From assembly GCA_000433315.1 (NCBI GenBank), contig FR893362.1, positions 3,941 to 67,940 on the forward strand: a stretch of DNA of 64,000 bases. The letters are read 5' to 3'. Of the stretch, positions 56,661 through 64,000 are shown one piece after another. This stretch comes from Firmicutes bacterium CAG:345 (GTDB taxonomy: Bacteria; Bacillota_I; Bacilli_A; RFN20; CAG-288). The first letter of the stretch is position 1. Each line of letters opens with the position of its first letter. Below the pieces are notes generated by a model. That model worked only from the letters and a program-made list of their open reading frames with translations, was not told where the DNA came from and made no database searches. Made by a program: the position numbers and the translations under genes.

Positions 56661-57506
56661 ATGAAAAATCCTGATGATATAATCTCTACTACAGACGACT
56701 TATTCTTTTCAGCTCGAAATTATTATAATCATGGAAAGATAGAAGATTGTTACAAAATTATTAATAAACTTGCTTATGAAAATAATCCCCGTGCATTATT
56801 CATAAAAGGAATTATGATTTTAAATAAATGCATATCTTCAAATGATGATGGTGAAAAATATATCTATCTAGCAGCAAAATATGATTATCCACTTGCTTTC
56901 TCATTACTTATACTTAATAAAATAAGTAATTCTGATTTTGGTAATGCAATAAATTTTTATAAAGAAAATAATAGAATTGATGAGCCATTATTCAAATTAT
57001 TTTACGCAATGGCGCTATTAAATATTGGAGAAAAACATCCATATTACGATATGGCATATGATATTTTGCAAAACATAAAACCAGAGATACAAAAAATAAA
57101 AGATAAAACCATTGAAAACTATTCACTTTATGAAGAATTCAATCTTTATAATAAAAACTTCTATTTAAATTTAGATGAAATATTGGCTGCTTATCATTGT
57201 GACTTCATGCTCTTTTATTATGTTCTTCCACAAAAAGCTACAAAGGATTTATATTTATCTAATGCTGATTCAGCAAATAAATATATCAGCACTCCGCGAA
57301 GTAAATTCTACTATTTAAAAATATTGCTCTTAACTAGAATGAAAAATTATTTTAATCTAGGAATAGAAGAAAACATCAATAAAGAAATAGAAGAGTTTAA
57401 AATTGCCTTCAAAAACTTAAAAGAACACGAAAGAAATTATTATAAAGCAACATATAATCAAATACTTGAAATATTTAGTAGCGCTCCATATAAAATAAAT
57501 GAATAA
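56661..57506 (+). CDS. hypothetical helical-repeat protein (281 aa, possibly TPR/Sel1-like)
   Basis: ORF from the track with an AAGGAG ribosome-binding site. A C6 tract lies in the spacer between the ribosome-binding site and the ATG. Confidence 0.5.
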   Translation: MKNPDDIISTTDDLFFSARNYYNHGKIEDCYKIINKLAYENNPRALFIKGIMILNKCISSNDDGEKYIYLAAKYDYPLAFSLLILNKISNSDFGNAINFYKENNRIDEPLFKLFYAMALLNIGEKHPYYDMAYDILQNIKPEIQKIKDKTIENYSLYEEFNLYNKNFYLNLDEILAAYHCDFMLFYYVLPQKATKDLYLSNADSANKYISTPRSKFYYLKILLLTRMKNYFNLGIEENINKEIEEFKIAFKNLKEHERNYYKATYNQILEIFSSAPYKINE

Positions 57507-57634
57507 AAGTTAAATATTTATTAAACATGATGTTTCATAAAAGCTGAAATGATTGCTTTTGTAAAACATCGTGTTTTATTTTTCAAAAAATAAATTTTAT
57601 TGAACAAAACACATAGTTTTATTCATTATTTTAA

Positions 57635-57663
57635 TTGAAAAGAAAAACAAAAATACGTATAAT
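57635..57663 (+). promoter_or_regulatory. near-consensus sigma-A promoter generating a leaderless transcript for the ABC ATPase
   Basis: TTGAAA (57635-57640), 17-nt spacer, TATAAT (57658-57663), then attc and ATG at 57668. Confidence 0.55.
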
Positions 57664-57667
57664 ATTC

Positions 57668-58591
57668 ATGTTTTGTGGGGTATTTATTTTGATTCTTTCT
57701 TATAAAAGTGGCACTATTTTTTCAAAATATAATTATCAAAATAAAGAAATTGTAAAAGATGTGTCTTTTAAGATTGCTGAATCCTCTTCTTTAGCCATAA
57801 TAGGAGAAACTGGATCAGGCAAAACAATTATTGCTAACTCAATAATGAATTTGTTACCACCAGATATCAAATCGACTAATAATGAAATAATATTTGAAAA
57901 TAAGAATATAACCAATTACAAAAAAATAAAAAAACTACTCGGTAGCAAAATAATTTACATTCCACAAAGCGGTAAAGATGCTCTTTCTCCAAATCTAACA
58001 ATAAAAAAACATTTTATAAATATTCTTAAAAGGAACAAATATAAGAAAAAAGACTTTAATAATATAATCGCAGAAAAATTAAACAACGTTGAAATATCAA
58101 ACTATGAAGAAATATTAAATAAATATCCTTTTGAAATTTCTGGTGGAACTGCTCAAAAAATAGTTATTGCTTTATCTTCCTGTTCATCTGCCTCCTTAAT
58201 TATCGCCGATGAAATGACAAATGGAATTGCTGAAAAAGAGAAAATAGAAAAGTTTAATCTTATTGATAGACTATTTCCTACTGCTGGGAAAATTTATATT
58301 ACTCATGATATTTCCATCGCTAAACTATGTGATGATATTCTAGTTCTAAACCATGGAAAAACTATGGAACAAGGACCAGCTAAAAAAGTTTTAATCAATC
58401 CTCATCATCCTTATACTAAAGCACTTTTATCATCACTACCAGAAAATGGCTTAAATACAATTCCTTTGCTGTCATATTTGAAAGGATATTGTCCATTTTA
58501 TCAGCGTTGTCAAAATAGAAAAGACAAATGTCTTATCAGTTTCAAAAAAAAACAACTGGATAAAATAGTATGGTACTGCAATTATGATTGA
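57668..58591 (+). CDS. Opp/Dpp/Nik-family ABC transporter ATP-binding protein (OppD-like, degenerate motifs)
   Basis: Walker A GETGSGKT, signature ISGGTAQK, Walker B LIIADEMT, H-loop ITHD, and a C-terminal HPYT oligopeptide domain. The start is moved to ATG 57668 because the ORF-track TTG at 57635 is the -35 hexamer. Confidence 0.65.
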   Translation: MFCGVFILILSYKSGTIFSKYNYQNKEIVKDVSFKIAESSSLAIIGETGSGKTIIANSIMNLLPPDIKSTNNEIIFENKNITNYKKIKKLLGSKIIYIPQSGKDALSPNLTIKKHFINILKRNKYKKKDFNNIIAEKLNNVEISNYEEILNKYPFEISGGTAQKIVIALSSCSSASLIIADEMTNGIAEKEKIEKFNLIDRLFPTAGKIYITHDISIAKLCDDILVLNHGKTMEQGPAKKVLINPHHPYTKALLSSLPENGLNTIPLLSYLKGYCPFYQRCQNRKDKCLISFKKKQLDKIVWYCNYD

Positions 58592-59222
58592 AATTAGTAA
58601 TATTTGTAAATCTTTTGGAAATAAAAGAGTTTTAAACAATTTTTCTCTTAAAATAGAAGATAAATGCATTGTTGGAATATATGGAAAAAATGGTTGTGGT
58701 AAATCAACTTTATCACGAATTTTATCTGGGTCATTAAAGCCAGATGAAGGAAAAATCTTTATTAATAATTCAGAAGTTGTTTCAAAAGACATATATAAAT
58801 ATGTTCAAATGGTTTATCAGCAGCCTTTCGCATCATTTGATCCGGTAAAAAGAATAAAGAGTGGAATAAAAGAAATTATAAAATATTATAATTTAGTTCC
58901 CAAAAAAGAAATAAATTCATACATTGTATATCTGCTACAAAATATGGAATTAGATAAAAAAATTCTTAATCATTTCCCACATCAAATTTCAGGAGGCGAA
59001 GCTCAAAGAATAGCAATTTTGAAATGTTTGCTATTAAAGCCGCAATTATTAATTCTCGATGAATCAACATCTATGCTAGATGTAACTACTCAAGCTAACA
59101 TTTTAAGTTATATAAAATCTCAAGTTATCAGCTATGGTGGTTCAATAATGATCATAAGTCACGATTATAAGTTATTAGAAGCCTATTGTAACAAAATTTA
59201 TAATATAGAGGAGCACATATGA
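58584..59222 (+). CDS. ABC transporter ATP-binding protein (short OppF-like)
   Basis: GKNGCGKST, ISGGEAQR, LILDESTSMLD, ISHD. 212 aa. Confidence 0.8.
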   Translation: MIEISNICKSFGNKRVLNNFSLKIEDKCIVGIYGKNGCGKSTLSRILSGSLKPDEGKIFINNSEVVSKDIYKYVQMVYQQPFASFDPVKRIKSGIKEIIKYYNLVPKKEINSYIVYLLQNMELDKKILNHFPHQISGGEAQRIAILKCLLLKPQLLILDESTSMLDVTTQANILSYIKSQVISYGGSIMIISHDYKLLEAYCNKIYNIEEHI

Positions 59223-60826
59223 AAAAAAATAAATTTTTACCAATCACAATCATCCTTTTAGGATTGATTAATACTGGATGTCAAAATAAAAACACATTAG
59301 AAAATAATAAAAATATTACCATCGGCACTTCAATGAAATTGGAAAAAGCCACTCGTGATGAATATAATTACGACACTCTGTCTAGTGGCATTTCTGAACT
59401 ACCTCTAGTTTCTAAAAATACTGATGGAACTTTCTCGCCATTATTAGTCGATTACACTACTAGCGACTCTAAAATTTGGACTCTCACTCTTAACGACAAC
59501 TATCGATGGTCAGATGGCAACAATGTTACTGCCGAAGATATTCTCTTTTCTTTAGAATATGAATGGGATAACAATACACCTTTATTTTCAAATTCTAATG
59601 AAAAAGGTGAATTTGAAACATATTCTATTTCTGAAGATAATAAAAGCATATCTTTAACTTTAGAAAAAGCTAATATAAAATATCTCGACAATTTAACAAC
59701 TTTTAGAATAAGACCTAAACATATATACAACAATAAAAATACTGATGAAATTACAGTTTCTGATGCCAGAGTTTCTTGTGGACCTTACATTTTAAATAAT
59801 TTTAGTCTTGAAACTAATTCTTTGGTTTTTACTAAAAATCCATATTATCCTAAAGAAACAAAATTAAAAAAAATTACTTATATTTTATTTAATAATGAAG
59901 AAATGCTTTATAATAGTTTAAATCAAAATTCTGTCGATTTTATTTGGAACTACTCTATTGGTATTCCTACATCCTACCAAAGTATTCTATCTCAAAATGA
60001 TAATATAAAATTTGCTTCTATTACTGCTTCCAATTGCCCAGCAATATTGCTTTTTAATAATAAAAAAGGATTTGGCTCGGATAAAAATATAAGAGCCGCT
60101 ATTTCCTATGCCTTAAATTATCAAGATTTTAAAAAATATTTTGGAAGTGAATTTGCTTCTACTCCTAATAAAAGTTTTGCTCCAAGCTCTCTTACGGGAT
60201 ATAAAGAAACAGAACATTTAGTAACTGATTATAGTATCGCTGACGAATATATGAAAAAAGCAGGATATATTAAAGAAGACACTACTTATAAAAAGCAAGG
60301 CGTTGAAGCTTGCTTAAATCTAACAATTAATTCAAAAAAGGAAACACACATAAGCTATGGCGAATTTGTAAAAACACAATTAGAAAAATTTGGAATAAAA
60401 GTAAATTTAGACACTGTTGATTCTACCCTTTTCAACGAAAAAACGAGCCATAAATTTGCTACAGAAGGTCCTGATGGTTTCAATGAAATAACTATGGAAG
60501 CTGCAATTATGGGATTTACTGCCTACGGAATGAAAAATCTCGGTGGAATGTATATTAACGGAAACAATAATGTTCAAGGTGGTGGAGAAGTCTATAATGA
60601 AGAACTAGATAATATTATGAATTCTATGGAAAGTTCCAAAACAATAGAAGAATATATGATCTACACTGGACAATTACAAGACTTTTATGCAAATGAACTT
60701 CCTGCTATCGCTTTATTTTGGGATAACACTATTTATGCTTATTCGAAAAATTTAAAAAATGTTCATATCGATAGCGTTTTCGGTTTGAATAACTATAAAA
60801 ATTTCACAGAAATGATTAAAGAATAG
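59219..60826 (+). CDS. solute-binding family 5 lipoprotein (oligopeptide/nickel-type substrate-binding protein)
   Basis: Lipobox LINTGC. At 535 aa it is typical of family-5 substrate-binding proteins. Confidence 0.7.
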   Translation: MKKNKFLPITIILLGLINTGCQNKNTLENNKNITIGTSMKLEKATRDEYNYDTLSSGISELPLVSKNTDGTFSPLLVDYTTSDSKIWTLTLNDNYRWSDGNNVTAEDILFSLEYEWDNNTPLFSNSNEKGEFETYSISEDNKSISLTLEKANIKYLDNLTTFRIRPKHIYNNKNTDEITVSDARVSCGPYILNNFSLETNSLVFTKNPYYPKETKLKKITYILFNNEEMLYNSLNQNSVDFIWNYSIGIPTSYQSILSQNDNIKFASITASNCPAILLFNNKKGFGSDKNIRAAISYALNYQDFKKYFGSEFASTPNKSFAPSSLTGYKETEHLVTDYSIADEYMKKAGYIKEDTTYKKQGVEACLNLTINSKKETHISYGEFVKTQLEKFGIKVNLDTVDSTLFNEKTSHKFATEGPDGFNEITMEAAIMGFTAYGMKNLGGMYINGNNNVQGGGEVYNEELDNIMNSMESSKTIEEYMIYTGQLQDFYANELPAIALFWDNTIYAYSKNLKNVHIDSVFGLNNYKNFTEMIKE

Positions 60827-60845
60827 ATAATAAAGGATTTTAATA

Positions 60846-61829
60846 ATGAAGAAATATATAAAACACATCATCATCGCCTTTATCAGTTTCCTTTTGATTG
60901 TGATTTTAAATTTTCTTCTACCAAGATTATTGCCTGGAAATCCTATAGGATATTTAACTGGACTTAATGAAGAAGGTATGTCTGCCGAAAAATATGCTTT
61001 TTATTACCATGCTCTTCATTTAGATGAAAATATATTATCTCAATTTAGGTATTATCTAATTGATATTTTCAATGGTACTTTAGGCTATTCATATAAAAAA
61101 GAGGCTACTATAAGTTCTCTTATATTTTCAAAAATTGGTGTATCTTTACAAATAACTTTTCCAGCTGCTTTTTTCTCTATACTAATAGGAATATTATGGG
61201 GCGTAGAAAGTGGGTATAAGAAAAATGGTTTTTTTGATAATTTTTCTACAATTCTATTATTGACTTTGAATACTATTCCTCTTTTCGCCATCGCTTTAAT
61301 TTTAATAATTCTCTTTTGCTTTAATTTAAACATTTTTCCATATTATGGTATATCAAGTGGAATTTATTCACCAGGTTCAATCGAATTTTTCTTTGATAGA
61401 TTATATCATCTTGTCCTTCCGATTTTAACCATAATTATTGGTTCATTCCCATCAAAATATTTATTACTAAGAAATACAACAGCACAATTTGTTGACAATA
61501 AATGTGTCTTATATGCTAAGCAATGTGGATTATCAAATTCAAAAATTAAATTTTCTTATATCTTAAAAAATATATCACAACCAGTAATAGCTATGATCGG
61601 AACTACAATAGGAAATTGTTTTGTCGGTTCTATAATTGTAGAAAATATATTCTCCATAAACGGAGTAGGTGGGCTATTAAATGATGGAATCAATACTCTA
61701 GATTATCCATTAATTCAAGGAATACTTTTTGTAACAACACTTTTTATGGTAATTTGTGTAATGATTTCAGATATTTTATGTCTATTAGTTGATCCTAAAT
61801 TAAGAAAGGAAAAAGAAAATGAAAATTAA
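60846..61829 (+). CDS. ABC transporter permease (OppB/DppB-like)
   Basis: Six-transmembrane protein of the binding-protein-dependent family. Confidence 0.75.
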   Translation: MKKYIKHIIIAFISFLLIVILNFLLPRLLPGNPIGYLTGLNEEGMSAEKYAFYYHALHLDENILSQFRYYLIDIFNGTLGYSYKKEATISSLIFSKIGVSLQITFPAAFFSILIGILWGVESGYKKNGFFDNFSTILLLTLNTIPLFAIALILIILFCFNLNIFPYYGISSGIYSPGSIEFFFDRLYHLVLPILTIIIGSFPSKYLLLRNTTAQFVDNKCVLYAKQCGLSNSKIKFSYILKNISQPVIAMIGTTIGNCFVGSIIVENIFSINGVGGLLNDGINTLDYPLIQGILFVTTLFMVICVMISDILCLLVDPKLRKEKENEN

Positions 61830-62631
61830 ACGTCTTCCTTTTTTAATTATTGGCATCATACTATTGCTAACTTTTTTAACTATGGCAATATTCCCACAAT
61901 TTTTCACAAGTTACAATCAAAAGTATTCTTTTGAGCCTTGGCTTCCCCCTTCTTTTTCTCATATTCTTGGAACAAATTCGCTCGGTTATGATATTTTTGC
62001 TGAATTAATCTATGGGGCAAGACAAACTATTCTTATTTCTTTAACTGCTAGTTTAGGTTCATTAATAATTGGTGTTATCATTGGAATACTTGCATCATTT
62101 GATTCTATTATTGGAACCTTTTTCAATGGAATTATCAATATTTTTGTCTTGCTTCCTAAATTATTAATATTAATTGTTTTCGTAAGTTTCCTTAACAACA
62201 ACAATTTAACTTTGATAATTTTAATTTCCTGTTTTACTTGGGTTTCCACTGCAAGATCAATTAAAGCAAAGCTTATCAATTTAAAAAAACAACAATTTAT
62301 CGAAGTAAATAGACATTATGGCTTTCCAAAAATTCATAATATATGTATACATATTTTGCCAAATTTAAAAGACATAATTATGACAAGACTACTTTTAGGA
62401 ATAACCACTTGTATCATGATGGAATCGACTTTAAGTTTTTTAGGTTTTGGTAATTTATATTATCCAACATGGGGTGTCATGATAAATTTTGCAAGAAATA
62501 GAGGAGCATTAGTTCATCAAGCTTATGGATATTTAATAGCTCCTTGTTTATGCATTGCCTTTTTATCTCTTTCTTTTTACTTCATTTCTATTTATTTTGA
62601 AGCTAAACAAACTATAATAGATAAGGATTGA
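61819..62631 (+). CDS. ABC transporter permease (OppC/DppC-like)
   Basis: Polytopic ABC permease, overlapping the upstream gene. Confidence 0.75.
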   Translation: MKIKRLPFLIIGIILLLTFLTMAIFPQFFTSYNQKYSFEPWLPPSFSHILGTNSLGYDIFAELIYGARQTILISLTASLGSLIIGVIIGILASFDSIIGTFFNGIINIFVLLPKLLILIVFVSFLNNNNLTLIILISCFTWVSTARSIKAKLINLKKQQFIEVNRHYGFPKIHNICIHILPNLKDIIMTRLLLGITTCIMMESTLSFLGFGNLYYPTWGVMINFARNRGALVHQAYGYLIAPCLCIAFLSLSFYFISIYFEAKQTIIDKD

Positions 62632-63467
62632 CTATGAATAAAGAAAAAGAAATTTGGTTAAAAATTAAACCTCATCATCATACTCATTTAGCTGAAATAA
62701 GATCTGACCAATATAATGAATTATTTGAAAAAAAATCAGTTATCCAAGATTCAGATGAAGTAAAAAAAGCTAAAAAGAAAATAAAAGATGAAGGAGAGAC
62801 AATCGATAATATTTTAAATCTCATCCAGTGTTTAAATAGTCAACTAAGATATAACGATTCTATTTTTTATCTTGAAAAAGCTCTTAAAACTTTCCCAGAA
62901 AACTATCGTTTAGAAAGAGCCCTAGCTATAAGGTATCTTACTGCAAATAAAATAGAAAAAGCATTATTTCTATTTAAAAAAATATTCGAAAAAACAGATG
63001 ATAAATTAGATATTACTTACCGTATCGGATTAGCATATTTTTATCTAAAACAATATAATTTTGCCAAAGAAAATTTTTTAATTTCTTTAAATCTTTCAGA
63101 AAAAAATAAAGAAATGTATATTGCCTGCATATACTGGCTATTATTGACAAACGTACAACTTAAAGAGAGCATAAATGAAACATTAAATAATTACCATGAC
63201 TTTTTTGTAACCCACCATGCTGGTTATGAATATGCTGTTCGCTTGTTTTTAAATGAACCTTTATCAGATTATGAAGAAATTTCTAAATCTGATAATTTGA
63301 CAAGGGTAATGTTTCTTTTTGGCTTGTACCATTTTTATCTTTACAAAAATGATACAAAAAAAGCCGAAGAAACTTTTTCACTCGGCTTAAAATGTGATGA
63401 ATATTGGGCTAGTTTTTCTGGGCTAGGATTTTACTACTTATTAATCTCCAACAATTTTCTTTCTTAA
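62628..63467 (+). CDS. TPR-repeat protein (279 aa)
   Basis: Repeated helical pairs with A/Y/L TPR-like periodicity ([20 protein letters not shown]..., [20 protein letters not shown]). It overlaps the permease stop. Confidence 0.55.
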   Translation: MTMNKEKEIWLKIKPHHHTHLAEIRSDQYNELFEKKSVIQDSDEVKKAKKKIKDEGETIDNILNLIQCLNSQLRYNDSIFYLEKALKTFPENYRLERALAIRYLTANKIEKALFLFKKIFEKTDDKLDITYRIGLAYFYLKQYNFAKENFLISLNLSEKNKEMYIACIYWLLLTNVQLKESINETLNNYHDFFVTHHAGYEYAVRLFLNEPLSDYEEISKSDNLTRVMFLFGLYHFYLYKNDTKKAEETFSLGLKCDEYWASFSGLGFYYLLISNNFLS

Positions 63468-64000
63468 TAACGATGGTTCAGAAGGAGGAATAAAAACCGG
63501 AGAATGTGAATCACGATTTAAAAAGAGATTAAGTCTTTCATTATCGCATTCTTCAAAAATATATTGTGGTGTTCCTTCACAAGCTATCAATCCTTTATCC
63601 ATGAAAATAACCTTATCAGATACATCACGAGCAAATTTCATCTCATGAGTAACAACAATCATAGTAATATGTTGCGAAGCTAATTCCTTCATTACTTTTA
63701 AAACTTCATTAACCATCTCTGGATCTAAAGCAGAAGTTGGCTCATCAAATAATATTATATCTGGATTCATACTTAAAGCTCTTGCAATAGCAACTCTTTG
63801 CTTTTGACCACCAGAAATATCTCTAATTTTAAAATGAACTCTATCTGACATTCCAACTTTTTCTAAGTTTCTTAAAGCAATTTCTGTAGCTTCTTTTTTA
63901 CTTCGCTTTAATACTTTTGTTTGACCTATAACACAATTTGTTAGTACATCCATATTGTTAAACAAATTAAAAGATTGAAAAACCATAACAAGGCGTGAAC
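63441..64000 (-). CDS. polar amino-acid ABC transporter ATP-binding protein (GlnQ/ArtP-like), truncated at the window end
   Basis: Signature LSGGQKQR, Walker [14 protein letters not shown]-loop VTHE. The N-terminus, including Walker A, lies beyond position 64000. Confidence 0.8.
   Translation of the reverse strand, partial: SRLVMVFQSFNLFNNMDVLTNCVIGQTKVLKRSKKEATEIALRNLEKVGMSDRVHFKIRDISGGQKQRVAIARALSMNPDIILFDEPTSALDPEMVNEVLKVMKELASQHITMIVVTHEMKFARDVSDKVIFMDKGLIACEGTPQYIFEECDNERLNLFLNRDSHSPVFIPPSEPSLLRKKIVGD

Noticed and set aside
57635-57667. TTG start of the first ABC ATPase given by the ORF track
   Set aside because: That TTG is the -35 hexamer (TTGAAA) of a consensus promoter whose -10 lies inside the putative N-terminal codons. 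The ATG at 57668 is the likely, leaderless, start.
1-64000. CRISPR arrays, IS elements, transposases, integrases, phage genes, rRNA
   Set aside because: No regularly spaced direct repeats, no terminal inverted repeats flanking an ORF, and no transposase or integrase-like ORFs were seen. The only larger-scale repetition is the in-gene LRR array of the giant surface protein.

Overview
This is an AT-rich window (roughly 30% GC by eye) from a low-GC Firmicutes-type chromosome, probably Erysipelotrichia or a Mollicutes relative. It uses the standard genetic code, has Gram-positive-style GGAGG ribosome-binding sites, and several genes start at TTG or look leaderless. The housekeeping backbone is, in order: murA (partial), gltX, yitT, rpmF, a standalone tRNA-Ile, gap-pgk-tpiA, clpP, ffh-ylxM-ftsY-rnc-plsX (with no smc, acpP or fab genes between), the str operon rpsL-rpsG-fusA-tuf, a pyrophosphate-type phosphofructokinase, and a superoxide reductase. 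Accessory blocks sit between these. (i) A UmuC-like Y-family polymerase with a YolD-like partner, next to an ECF sigma / anti-sigma pair. (ii) A lipoprotein type I pullulanase. (iii) A roughly 21.4 kb run of 11 co-directional, tightly packed genes (19808-41212), which is the most interesting locus. It encodes a 2517-aa surface protein combining a subtilisin (S8) protease, a PA domain, BspA-type leucine-rich repeats (LRRs) and a C-terminal membrane anchor, then two lipoproteins, a Mollicutes-style 864-aa OppA with OppBCDF, a small membrane protein, and a Glug-repeat lipoprotein. That last gene is separated from a 1022-aa downstream ORF only by a single in-frame TAA. (iv) A CadC/CzrA-type metal-efflux unit with SmtB-type operators, in which the metal-binding (HMA) domain and the P1B-ATPase are split. 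(v) A divergent EF-G paralog whose GTPase motifs are degenerate. (vi) A second Opp/Nik-like ABC importer in unusual gene order, flanked by TPR proteins. No CRISPR array, IS element, integrase or rRNA was seen. Several promoters, terminators, cre-like CcpA sites and short ORFs missing from the ORF track are noted.
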